Source of the DNA: Chthonomonadales bacterium
GTDB lineage: Bacteria; Armatimonadota; Chthonomonadetes; Chthonomonadales; CAJBBX01
Direction of reading: 5' to 3'
NCBI GenBank assembly: GCA_020849275.1
Contig: JADLGO010000064.1
Coordinates: forward strand, 6,289 to 70,288
Length of the DNA: 64,000 nucleotides
Part shown: piece by piece, positions 1-8,325 of the stretch
Numbering within the stretch: the stretch's first letter is position 1
Layout: every line of letters begins with the position of its first letter
Translations under genes and position numbers: made by a program
Notes under the pieces: model-generated
Databases searched by the model: none
What the model was told of the DNA's origin: nothing
What the model saw: the letters and a program-made list of their open reading frames with translations, nothing else

Positions 1-510
1 GGCCCAGGGGAACCCGACGCCCACGATCGCCAACAGCGCCGTGCGCGGCTCCCCGAGCCACGAGCGCGTGAGCGCGCCGGCCCCCGCCAACTCCAGAAGC
101 TGGTTCAGGAGCCCCACGCTGCCGTCGTAGATGAAGCTCCAGAGCAGCATCGTGACCATGCCCGGCACCACCATCGGCAGCGTGAAGGCCGTGCGCAGAG
201 CGTACTGCCAGCGGTGCGAGCGAAGCTGTGAGAGCAGCTCCGCCACGGCCAGGGGAACCAGGAGCGTGCGTGCCAGGCCGGCCAGGAGCAGCAGAACCTG
301 GTTGCCGATGCTGATGCCCAGGAACTCGTCGTGGCTCATGGCGGCGAAGTTCGCCAGGCCGGCCCAGCGCGGCGCCTCGCCGGTCTCCCAATGCGTGAAG
401 GCGCGGTAGAGCCCCACGAGCGCGGGAAGGTAGCTGAAGACGAGCAGCAGCCCCGCGGCGGGCAGAAGCATGACCGCCACGAGCGCCAGTGGCGACCCGC
501 GCCGGCTCAC
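1..510 (-). CDS. ABC sugar-transporter permease (MalF/UgpA type), N-terminal part only; gene runs off the left edge
   Basis: Not in the ORF track because it is open at the window edge. My translation of the minus strand from GTG at 508-510 gives VSRRGSPLALVAVMLLPAAGLLLVFSYLPALVGLYRAFTHWE...FTLPMVVPGMVTMLLWSFIYDGSVGLLNQLL...LAIVGVGFPW. This is typical of a binding-protein-dependent permease. The GTG overlaps the TGA of the upstream binding-protein gene (GTGA). Confidence 0.7.
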   Translation of the reverse strand, partial: MSRRGSPLALVAVMLLPAAGLLLVFSYLPALVGLYRAFTHWETGEAPRWAGLANFAAMSHDEFLGISIGNQVLLLLAGLARTLLVPLAVAELLSQLRSHRWQYALRTAFTLPMVVPGMVTMLLWSFIYDGSVGLLNQLLELAGAGALTRSWLGEPRTALLAIVGVGFPWA

Positions 511-2063
511 GAGACGCGGTCCCGGGTGCGCGGGTCCATGTCCAGCTTCTGCATGGCGATGACGCGGGGCACGGCCTCCCGCATGAGCCGCTGGTAGCGC
601 GAGAGGAATTGCGGCAGCGTCAGCAGGCCGTCCATGTAGCGCTGCGCCCACACGGTCCACTCCCAGGCCGACTGCTGCTCGTCGAGCAGGCCGCGGAAAG
701 AGAGCTTCTCGAAGCCGCGTCCCTCGAAGCCGCCGAAGTAGCCCCGGATCCTCTCCGGCAGCTCGGCGCCGGGGATGAGCATCGGTCCGGTGAGCGGCCG
801 GCGGTGGCGCACGGCCTGCTCCACGAGCACGCGCGCGGCGTGCGGCGTGGTCATGTACATCAGGAAGTCGATGCTGCGCGCGACCTGCTCGTGGCTCTTC
901 TTGACGACGGCCCACACGGTGCCCGGCCCCCCGACGCCGCGGAAGGGCGGCACATGGAACGCGGATCGGGCGAGCGGGGGCACGGGGAAGACGCCCCATC
1001 GGAAGCGAGCGCGGGCGGGCAGGTCCCCCATGTCGCGCAGGAGCAGCCCGAGAGTGGCCGAGGTGTCGAGCAGCATGGCGGCGCGCTGCGTGAGGAAGAG
1101 GTAGTAGGCTGTCTGGGCGCTGGCGCCGTGGAAGCCGCGCTGCCAGAAGCGGGAGAACTCGCGGATTCGCGTGTAGATCTCGGCGAACCGCGGGGTGTCG
1201 AACCGGACCGCGCCGGCTCGCACGGCGTCCAGGAGGCGCTCCGTGTTGACCACCACGAGCGCGTCGTTGTACGGGTCACGCAGGTCCAGGCGAAAGCGGG
1301 CGTTGCGGCTGGCATCGTAGTCCCAGTCGCCCGGGCGCGAGAGCAGGCGCGGCACGAGCGGGCGTGTGTAGGCGTCCGAAAAGAAACGCGCGATCCATCC
1401 CACGGTGCCCGACCAGTAGGAGTCCGCGTTGCCGGGCAGGGCGAACGGGACGATGCCGGCGTCGCGGATACGGACGGCGTGGGCGATCATCTCCTCCCAG
1501 GTGCGCGGCGGCGTCAGCCCGAGGCGCTCGAAGGTGACCGCGTTGTAGTAGAAGGCGATCTCGATGAAGTCGATCGGGATGAACGTGACGTCGCCGCCCA
1601 CCTTGAACTTCTCGAGGAACTGCGCGCTGAGCGTGGCGCGCCACGGGCGCCGCGTGTAGGGGTTGCGGCGGTCGAGGAACGGTGTGAGGTTGATGGTGAG
1701 GCCGCGCTCGTACATGCCCCAGCCGTAGTTGGCGTTGAAGAGGTCGGGCGCGGAGTCGCTGCCGCCGGGGATCTGGGTGCGGAGCCAGGTCTCGTAGCCG
1801 TTGACCGGCAGCACCTGGATGGTGACGTGCGCGCCGGGGTGCAGGGCCTCGTACTCGCGGGCGAGCGTCTCCAGCCCCTCCCGGTAGCTGGCGCTGACGG
1901 TGGCCACCACCACGCCCGGCGACGCGGCCGGCTCCGCGCCGCGGCGCCGCGTGGCCGAGGCGAGCGTGCCGAGGGCAGCGCCGCCCGCGGCCGCGGCGGC
2001 GCCCCCGAGCAGCTCGCGCCGGCTCGGGCGGCGGCCACGGGCCGGGAGTCCGCCGCCGGTCAT
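507..2063 (-). CDS. ABC transporter extracellular solute (sugar)-binding protein with twin-arginine-type signal
   Basis: Track ORF 507..2426 (TTG start) trimmed to the ATG at 2061-2063 (MTGGGLPARGRRPSRRELLGGAAAAAGG...). SRRELL twin-arginine motif, then an SBP-like body (VVVATVSASYREGLETLAREYEALHPGAHVTIQVLPVNGYETWL...). A permease follows with a 4-nt overlap. Confidence 0.8.
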   Translation of the reverse strand: MTGGGLPARGRRPSRRELLGGAAAAAGGAALGTLASATRRRGAEPAASPGVVVATVSASYREGLETLAREYEALHPGAHVTIQVLPVNGYETWLRTQIPGGSDSAPDLFNANYGWGMYERGLTINLTPFLDRRNPYTRRPWRATLSAQFLEKFKVGGDVTFIPIDFIEIAFYYNAVTFERLGLTPPRTWEEMIAHAVRIRDAGIVPFALPGNADSYWSGTVGWIARFFSDAYTRPLVPRLLSRPGDWDYDASRNARFRLDLRDPYNDALVVVNTERLLDAVRAGAVRFDTPRFAEIYTRIREFSRFWQRGFHGASAQTAYYLFLTQRAAMLLDTSATLGLLLRDMGDLPARARFRWGVFPVPPLARSAFHVPPFRGVGGPGTVWAVVKKSHEQVARSIDFLMYMTTPHAARVLVEQAVRHRRPLTGPMLIPGAELPERIRGYFGGFEGRGFEKLSFRGLLDEQQSAWEWTVWAQRYMDGLLTLPQFLSRYQRLMREAVPRVIAMQKLDMDPRTRDRVS

Positions 2064-2173
2064 GGCCGGTCTGCGGCGGGACGGACGCGCCGGGGCGGTA
2101 TGGCGAGGGAGGCTCTCATCCTGACCGACTGTTAGCCGCGCCGGTCGGCGGATCCTGTCGGCGAGGCGATGGG

Positions 2174-3403
2174 TCAGCGCGGGCCGGCGTGGCTCGCGTT
2201 GAAGGCCGCGATACGCTTCATGAGCGCCGGGTGCGACTCGGCGGTCACGTTGTTGGCCTTCTGCCAGGGGAAGTGCCAGGCCCAGACGGCGGCGAGCGAG
2301 CCGCCCTCGGCCTCCAGCAGGTCGATGGCGGCCGAGACGTAGCGCCCCTGGCGGTCCTCGGCCAGCGTCGGCCTCGAGTTTCCGAGCTCGCCCACGAAGA
2401 TGGGCACGCGCGCCGCGCGGGCGCAACGCACTCGGGCGCGCAGCGCCTCAAGCGAGCTTGGCACGCCCATGTTCTCCTCGGCGTCGCTCTCCGTGAGGCT
2501 GCCGTAGTGGTGGATGGAGAGCAGGTCGAGCGGCTCCGGCTGCTGGGTGAGCAGGCTCGCGAGGTTCTGGCGGAGAGTGTCCCGTGTCCACACCTGCCTG
2601 GGGAAGCTCTCGCGCAGGCTGACACTGGTGGGGCGCGGCCCGGCGTCGCCGCTGGTGACGAGGTGGTTGGCGTCGATGCTCTTGATGAAGGCGGTCATGT
2701 CGGCGTAGAAGCGCAGGATGTCGGCCGTGGTCAGGCTGTCGGCCGCGTTCCACTTGCTCTTGTGCCAGGGGCCGTCCATCACGCCGGGGCCGGGCGCGTC
2801 GCGGCCCTCCGAGTTGACGTCGGCGGCCAGGCAGAGCTCGTTGCAGATCTCCCATGCCAGCACGTTGGTGTCGTCGCGGTAGCGTGAGACGATCTCGCGC
2901 GCGTAGCGGCGCATGGCGGCGTAGGTGCGCGAGCGCGGGTCGGCGATCGCGCTGCAGTCTTCCTCGCAGAGCAGCGGCCACATGGATGCGTTGAAGAAGA
3001 TGCTGGGCACCAGCCGCACGCCGCTGCGACGGCAGAGCGCGAACACCTCGTCCATGCGAGCCCAGTAGGTCGTGGGGTCGTCCCAATACAGGCGCATGTC
3101 CTTCGGCCAGAACCCGGTGGCCCAGAAGCGGATGAAGGCGATGCGCTGCTTCGCCGCGCTGCGCACGGCCTCCTCCGCGCTCCGGCGGGCGGTCCGGGCG
3201 CTGCCGTGGGTCTCCTCGAGGTGCAGGCCGATGCCGGCGTAGTCGGTGAAGAGGCCGGGCGCGTTGACGCCGATGGCTCGGTACTCGCGTCCATCGAGCA
3301 TGAGCCGCGCCCCGTCGCGCGTCACGAACCCGGGCGCGCCGTGGGCCGCGCTCGCGGCGGCGAGGATCGCCGCGGCGGCGAGCGCGGCGCTGGTGATCGT
3401 CAT
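2174..3403 (-). CDS. Secreted clan GH-A (GH5-like) glycoside hydrolase
   Basis: Track ORF 2174..3433 trimmed to the ATG at 3401-3403, with GGAGG 6 nt upstream. Signal peptide MTITSAALAAAAILAAASAAHG. Acid/base-like motif VLAWEICNE and nucleophile-like motif VPIFVGELG. Confidence 0.75.
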   Translation of the reverse strand: MTITSAALAAAAILAAASAAHGAPGFVTRDGARLMLDGREYRAIGVNAPGLFTDYAGIGLHLEETHGSARTARRSAEEAVRSAAKQRIAFIRFWATGFWPKDMRLYWDDPTTYWARMDEVFALCRRSGVRLVPSIFFNASMWPLLCEEDCSAIADPRSRTYAAMRRYAREIVSRYRDDTNVLAWEICNELCLAADVNSEGRDAPGPGVMDGPWHKSKWNAADSLTTADILRFYADMTAFIKSIDANHLVTSGDAGPRPTSVSLRESFPRQVWTRDTLRQNLASLLTQQPEPLDLLSIHHYGSLTESDAEENMGVPSSLEALRARVRCARAARVPIFVGELGNSRPTLAEDRQGRYVSAAIDLLEAEGGSLAAVWAWHFPWQKANNVTAESHPALMKRIAAFNASHAGPR

Positions 3404-3434
3404 GGGAACCTCCGTGTGGTGACCGGCGCGCACA

Positions 3435-3468
3435 TCGCGCGCCGGCCTCGTCGCTCCTGCCGCGAGCG
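3435..3468. repeat. Left copy of 34-bp direct repeat TCGCGCGCCGGCCTCGTC(G)CTCCTGCCGCGAGCG
   Basis: Read directly. Identical to 6011-6044 except position 19 (G here, C there). Lies 32 nt upstream of the GH5-like start on the minus strand. Confidence 0.9.
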
Positions 3469-3705
3469 CCGCTTCCGACCTGGTTGGCTCCTGTGCGCGA
3501 CCTCACCCCGTCGGGCTCACAGCGACGGTATGCGCAGGCAGTTCGGCGAGACCGCACGGCATAGAGGCTGGTTTCGGAGGACGACTGGAAGCCAGAGCGC
3601 GTGGATCCCTTGTGGTCGTCGGCACCGTGACTGGTCGACGCTCACGAGCATCAGACTACCCCCGCCGACCTCCTTGTACTGCGGTCAAAGGCTGCGCTGC
3701 CCCAG

Positions 3706-4491
3706 CTATGCAGGAGGCGGTACGCTCCATACGTGCAGGCGGTTCTCGAAGCCGCTCTCGACCATCCAGATCTCGTCCTCGCCGTTGACGACCTCCAGGA
3801 TGGCGCGAACAAAGAGCTTCTCGAAGAAGAACGCTACCTGCCCAGCCTCCGCTGCGCTCTCGCACGGGAATATGAACCGCGTGACGGCGGTCGTCTCATC
3901 AATCAGGTAGCGCGACGGATCGGTCAACGCCTCCTGTCTGGGCTTGAGGCCTCCCGCGCGGAAACGCCCGCTTACATGGTAGATCGAATACCCACCGAAC
4001 TTGCGCCCGATCCACTCGAGGACACCCTGTCTGTACTTATCATTATCTGCTTCATCGCGTGGAAACACCTTCTCAATGTCCTTCTGAGAGATCGTATCGA
4101 GTTGTACGTCGAGGGTGTCCTTATAGAATAGCGAGTCGAGAACACCGCGAAGCGCGTTTTCGTTCGAGAGTGGCATAAAGAACTCGTAGATACGAACGAT
4201 GGTGTGTACATTGTGCTTATAGATCTCAACTGCACGCCGCACCTGAGTCACATGTCGCTGAAAGGAGGACCAATCCGCGAAGCGGCTGAAGGCGTCACTA
4301 ACCCGAAAGGCAACTTTGTTCCCATCAACCTCCAGAACCAGTCGGAGAAACTGTTTGGACCAGTACGTAGCAAAGCTTGTTACACTCCAGTCAGTCTTAT
4401 CCCGTAAGTCCTCCTTCTTGAAAGGCTTCTTTGAATTCCAATGCTCAACTAGAAACTCAAATGCTCTGCGCTGATTGGTGTCAGAAGGCAT
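3706..4491 (-). CDS. Hypothetical protein (261 aa), third gene of the cassette operon; no family recognised
   Basis: ATG at 4489-4491 with GAGGGA 6 nt upstream, 24 nt after the methyltransferase stop. This is the lowest-GC gene in the window. Non-repetitive, balanced amino-acid composition (MPSDTNQRRAFEFLVEHWNSKKPFKKEDLRDK...), so it looks like real coding sequence. Confidence 0.75.
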   Translation of the reverse strand: MPSDTNQRRAFEFLVEHWNSKKPFKKEDLRDKTDWSVTSFATYWSKQFLRLVLEVDGNKVAFRVSDAFSRFADWSSFQRHVTQVRRAVEIYKHNVHTIVRIYEFFMPLSNENALRGVLDSLFYKDTLDVQLDTISQKDIEKVFPRDEADNDKYRQGVLEWIGRKFGGYSIYHVSGRFRAGGLKPRQEALTDPSRYLIDETTAVTRFIFPCESAAEAGQVAFFFEKLFVRAILEVVNGEDEIWMVESGFENRLHVWSVPPPA

Positions 4492-4515
4492 GGTGAGTCC
4501 CTCGATTAGCTTGCT

Positions 4516-5400
4516 CTACCCCATCGACCTATCCGTGCATTCCGGAGGATAGTTGCGGATGATCAACTCTGGGACCTTACCCCGCGCATCGGCCTTGGAA
4601 TTGACTGTCCGCGTCGCGAAGACGCATTCGACATCGCCATCGCGATCACCGCCATAGTGGCTATAGAGCTGCCGGATCAGCGGTGTGTCCGAGTTTGAGA
4701 GCATCGCATAGGTGCCTCGATTGGTGAGATCATCGAAGACGTCGCGGAGCCGAGTCTGGTCTGCTTCTCCGAAGCCTGTGTGGTGATACGCAGTGAACCG
4801 CGAGGTCGCTGATACGGGGTGATACGGTGGATCGAGGTAGACCATGTCGTCTTTACGCGGTTCCGCGAGTACCTCGGAGAACGGCGCTGTACGGATCTCG
4901 ACTCCTTGAAGGACCCTCGCGGCGGCGCGCAGATTGGCCTCATCGACGATGGCGGGGCGCCGATGGCGACCGAATGGAACATTGAACCGGCCAGATCGGT
5001 TCTCGCGGTAGAGGCCGTTGTAGCAGGTCTTGTTCAGATAGATGACGCGCGCCGCGCGAGCGGCGATGTCGAGCGTACTCGCGTCTTTGTCCCGGATCCC
5101 ATAGTAGTAGGCTTCCTCGTACCGGTGCTTCCGGAGTTCCTCAATCACGAGGTCCACCCGGTCGCGCAGGGCGAGGTAAACATCCACGAGGGCCTGGTTC
5201 ACGTCCGATAGAAGCGCGTGCCGGAGCCTGCCCAGCGATGCCAACTCGAAGAAGAGCGCCCCGCCACCCACGAATGGCTCGAAATAACGGTCGAACGTCG
5301 ATGGCACGCGCGCGATTAGCTCGGAGAGGAGTTGGCCTTTGCCTCCTGCCCATTTGAGCACGGGGCGGGCCCGCGGCGCACCATTCGACTCATGTGGCAT
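4516..5400 (-). CDS. Dam/D12-class N6-adenine DNA methyltransferase (alpha-type motif order)
   Basis: LKWAGGKGQLL, the SAM motif YFEPFVGGGALFF, then the catalytic VYLDPPY near the C-terminal third. ATG at 5398-5400 overlaps the upstream nuclease-like ORF by 11 nt. Confidence 0.9.
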   Translation of the reverse strand: MPHESNGAPRARPVLKWAGGKGQLLSELIARVPSTFDRYFEPFVGGGALFFELASLGRLRHALLSDVNQALVDVYLALRDRVDLVIEELRKHRYEEAYYYGIRDKDASTLDIAARAARVIYLNKTCYNGLYRENRSGRFNVPFGRHRRPAIVDEANLRAAARVLQGVEIRTAPFSEVLAEPRKDDMVYLDPPYHPVSATSRFTAYHHTGFGEADQTRLRDVFDDLTNRGTYAMLSNSDTPLIRQLYSHYGGDRDGDVECVFATRTVNSKADARGKVPELIIRNYPPECTDRSMG

Positions 5401-5794
5401 TGGGCTCTAGTCCGAAGAAGAGGGCGAGCCAATCGCCCAGGTCAGCGAGGTCAAGCACCTTCCCAGTCGACAACAGATAGCCTCGCATATTGGCCGAGAA
5501 CCCGGGACCCGCGATGACCACGATCCCTCGGATTGGCCATGCTGCAATGTCGTTGAGCACGGCGGCTATCTTCTCCTCCGCCGACCCCGAAGTGGCCTGG
5601 AACTTGCACTCAACGCCCAGTGCCAGGCGAGTCGTCGGGTGAGTCAGCACGACGTCGATGTAGCGCACCGCGCCCCACACGCGGCGACCGACCCTAACCT
5701 CGATCCTGACTTCGAGGCCGAGGCGCTCGCCCAAGTATACAACCGTCTGCCTCAGGCCGCTCCCACTACTCACCGCCGCAGCTCCCCCAGGCAT
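5390..5794 (-). CDS. Small PD-(D/E)XK-type nuclease-like protein (134 aa), first gene of the cassette operon
   Basis: Track ORF 5390..5827 (TTG) trimmed to the ATG at 5792-5794, with GGAGGGA 6 nt upstream. Motif arrangement is RYIDVVL...(14 aa)...LGVECKF, i.e. D...ExK, followed by SGSAEEK. From memory this resembles the catalytic core of DpnII/MboI-family enzymes; this is unverified. Confidence 0.6.
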   Translation of the reverse strand: MPGGAAAVSSGSGLRQTVVYLGERLGLEVRIEVRVGRRVWGAVRYIDVVLTHPTTRLALGVECKFQATSGSAEEKIAAVLNDIAAWPIRGIVVIAGPGFSANMRGYLLSTGKVLDLADLGDWLALFFGLEPNAT

Positions 5795-6010
5795 CGGCGC
5801 TCCCTCCGTTCGCGTCATCTCCAGCAACGCAAGTCGTTACGTGGGCACCGCGATCGCTGGCGCCGAGAGCGCGGAGTTGCTCCGCTAGGGAATCGTAGCA
5901 CAGGCTGGCAGGTCCGCGACGCCCTACGCGCGTGTAGCTCGTAGGCGAGCCCGACTCGAGCCTGGCCCTGATGTCGTCACATCCCTGCGCGCGGGCCAAC
6001 ATCCGCGTTT

Positions 6011-6044
6011 TCGCGCGCCGGCCTCGTCCCTCCTGCCGCGAGCG
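6011..6044. repeat. Right copy of 34-bp direct repeat
   Basis: TCGCGCGCCGGCCTCGTC(C)CTCCTGCCGCGAGCG, read directly. Lies about 120 nt upstream of the 6163 start. Confidence 0.9.
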
Positions 6045-6162
6045 ATCGCCCGCTCGCGCCGCTACGCGGCCCACTGAGAGGGCCGGGCGGCGCGGCCGGC
6101 GAACAGAGGGCTCGGATGCCGCGGCGCCGCGCCGCGCGCCCATGGAGGAGGCCCTGAACACG

Positions 6163-8325
6163 ATGGAGGCCATGCTCACTCCCCGAGGCGTCCGCCGCGC
6201 CGGGCGCGCTGCCCTGCTCGCCCTGGCGGCGCTGGCGGCGCTGGCCGCGCTGCCCGCCGGGCCGTCGCGGGCCGCGCCCCCGCCGCCCGCGGGCAGGCCG
6301 CTACGCGTGGAGAACGCGTGGGTGCGCGTGGAGGCCGACCTGGCGAACGGATCCATTCTCCGCGTCCTCGACCGCGAGGGCGGCGTGGACCTCGCCGCCG
6401 ACCCCGCCCTGGCCGACAGCTTCCGCCTTCTACTGCGGCTGCCGGGCGGCCGGCGCCTCTGGGTGCGGGGGCGCGGGCAGGCGCTCTCCGCCGCGGAGCC
6501 GCGCGAGGGTGGCTTCGCGCTGCTCTGGAACGGGCCGCTGCGAGACGAGGCCGGCGGCGCGCACGCGATCGCGGCGCGCATGGGCGTCCGCCTTCGGGGC
6601 CGCTCCGTGCGCTTCGACTTCGCGCTGGACAACCGCTCGCGCGCCGTGGTGGAGGAGGTGTGGTACCCCGTGCTGGGCGGCTTCAGCCGCTTCGGCCCGT
6701 CGGCCGACGGCGCGACGCCGTCCACGCGCGAGCGGGCGGTCATCGACACGCCTCCGTGGATCAAGCCGCTCACGCTGCCTTTTGGCGAGCTCACGCCGCT
6801 CTACCCGGGCCAGCTCCAGATGGGGTTCGTAAGCGTGACGAACCCCGCCATCCGGCGCGGCCTCTACATCGGCTCGCACGATGTGACGCCCAGGCTGAAG
6901 GCCTTTCGTTTCGCCGAGGCGCGCAATGGGGACGCTGCCGATATCGTGGCCCAGCTCGTCCACTTTCCGTTCACCCGGCCGGGCGCTCGCTTCTCGGCGT
7001 CGCCGCTCGTGCTGCGCTTCCACGCCGGCGGCTGGCGTGAGGCCGGAGGCGTCTATCGCGACTGGTTCGTGCGCACCTTCGGCCTGGCCGACCCGCGCCG
7101 CGACTGGATCCGCCGCCAGGGCTTCTTCGTGATGACGATGTTCATGCTGCCCGAGGGCAACGTCAACTACCGATTCCGCGACATCGCGCGCTGGGCCCGC
7201 GCCGCCCGCGACTACGGCGTGCGCGCGGTGCAGATCGCCGGCTGGCAGTGCGGCGGCCACGACAACGGGTACCCGCTCTACACGCCCGACCCGCGGCTGG
7301 GAACCTGGAAGGAGCTCGAGGAGGGTATTCGCGCCTGCCATCGGATGGGTGTGCGGGTCTATTTCTTCGTCAACATCCAGCCGGCCATGCTGGACATCGC
7401 CTGGTACCGTCGCGAGCTCGAGGGCTACGCGGCCGTCAGCCGCCGGGGAGATCCCTACTGGATCGCTGGCTGGGGCATGGGCACCCTGGCCTCCCGCATG
7501 GGCCTTACCACGCCGCAGATGGCCTTCCTGGATCCCGCGTTCCCGGCCTTCCGGCGCGCGCTCGTGCGCGACTTTCGGCGCCTCGCCGAGGTCGGCGCCG
7601 ACGGCATCCATATTGACAAGATGTTCCCCGCGCTGCTGGACATGAACCCGCGCGCCCCGCTCGGACCGGACCGCTCTACCTGGCAGGGCGCGCTCGACAC
7701 CATCCGCGACATCGCGCGAGCCTGCCGCGCCGTCCGTCCGGGCTTCGCCATCTCCAACGAGTGCAACTGGGACCGGGTGCTCACCTACGGCGCCGCCACC
7801 TGGTGGGCAGGCAACATGAGCAACGCGCGCGCCGTGTTTCCGGAGGTTGTGGAGACCGTGGGCCACTACCAGCCGTGGGACTACGCGGGGCTCAACAACG
7901 CGGTGCGCCTGGGCCACGCCGTGATGCTGGCGCCGCACCAGTTCAGCCGCGACATGCGCTGCGAGACATGGCGCACCGGCATGTCGCCCTATGTGCGCGA
8001 GCTGAAGCGGATCCGCGACCGCCTGGCGGAGATCGTCTTCCTCGGGGAGCCGCGCGAGCGCGGCGAGGCGCGCTTCGAGGGCCTGCCGAAGGACTCCGCG
8101 CTCGACTTCGCCGTCTATCGCGGCCCTCGCTCCGGACGCCGCGCCTGCATCGTCACCAACGGCGCCTCCGCGCCGCGCACCGTCACGTTCGTTGGCTTCG
8201 ATGGAGGCCCGGGTGGCCGCGTGCGCGTCCATCGCCCCTTCGAGCGGCCCGTTGAGGCGGCGCTGCCGGCCCGGCTGCGCCTGCCCGCCGAGGGCATCGC
8301 CTTCATCGTGGAGGTGGCGCCATGA
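6163..8325 (+). CDS. Exported glycoside-hydrolase-like TIM-barrel protein (DUF6259-like by recollection), paralog A
   Basis: Track ORF 5971..8325 trimmed. ATG 6163 has GGAGGAGG 10 nt upstream; ATG 6142 and 6172 are alternatives. Signal-like RRAGRAALLALAALAALAALPAG. Barrel-type motif VGADGIHIDKMF and an NE-containing strand GFAISNECNWD. Confidence 0.7.
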   Translation: MEAMLTPRGVRRAGRAALLALAALAALAALPAGPSRAAPPPPAGRPLRVENAWVRVEADLANGSILRVLDREGGVDLAADPALADSFRLLLRLPGGRRLWVRGRGQALSAAEPREGGFALLWNGPLRDEAGGAHAIAARMGVRLRGRSVRFDFALDNRSRAVVEEVWYPVLGGFSRFGPSADGATPSTRERAVIDTPPWIKPLTLPFGELTPLYPGQLQMGFVSVTNPAIRRGLYIGSHDVTPRLKAFRFAEARNGDAADIVAQLVHFPFTRPGARFSASPLVLRFHAGGWREAGGVYRDWFVRTFGLADPRRDWIRRQGFFVMTMFMLPEGNVNYRFRDIARWARAARDYGVRAVQIAGWQCGGHDNGYPLYTPDPRLGTWKELEEGIRACHRMGVRVYFFVNIQPAMLDIAWYRRELEGYAAVSRRGDPYWIAGWGMGTLASRMGLTTPQMAFLDPAFPAFRRALVRDFRRLAEVGADGIHIDKMFPALLDMNPRAPLGPDRSTWQGALDTIRDIARACRAVRPGFAISNECNWDRVLTYGAATWWAGNMSNARAVFPEVVETVGHYQPWDYAGLNNAVRLGHAVMLAPHQFSRDMRCETWRTGMSPYVRELKRIRDRLAEIVFLGEPRERGEARFEGLPKDSALDFAVYRGPRSGRRACIVTNGASAPRTVTFVGFDGGPGGRVRVHRPFERPVEAALPARLRLPAEGIAFIVEVAP

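Larger units (their letters stand above)
3435..6044. mobile_element. Putative horizontally acquired R-M-like gene cassette bounded by 34-bp direct repeats; no integrase or transposase
   Basis: Direct repeats at 3435-3468 and 6011-6044 (33/34 identical). The G+C of the enclosed genes drops well below the flanks. My spot counts are 27/60 at 4021-4080, 32/60 at 4681-4740 and 36/60 at 5521-5580. Cargo is a nuclease-like/methyltransferase/orphan operon. Confidence 0.5.

Noticed and set aside
489-2135. 548-aa plus-strand ORF overlapping the solute-binding protein gene
   Set aside because: Same shadow-ORF composition (R/A/G/E/H-rich). The opposite strand encodes a clear ABC binding protein with a TAT signal, followed by a permease.
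3469-6010. Attempt to infer the methyltransferase specificity from GATC depletion inside the cassette
   Set aside because: GATC occurs repeatedly inside the cassette (e.g. near 3769, 3917, 3983, 4091, 5854), so there is no avoidance signal. Avoidance would not be expected for a self-methylating unit anyway, and I did not compute statistics. Specificity remains unknown.
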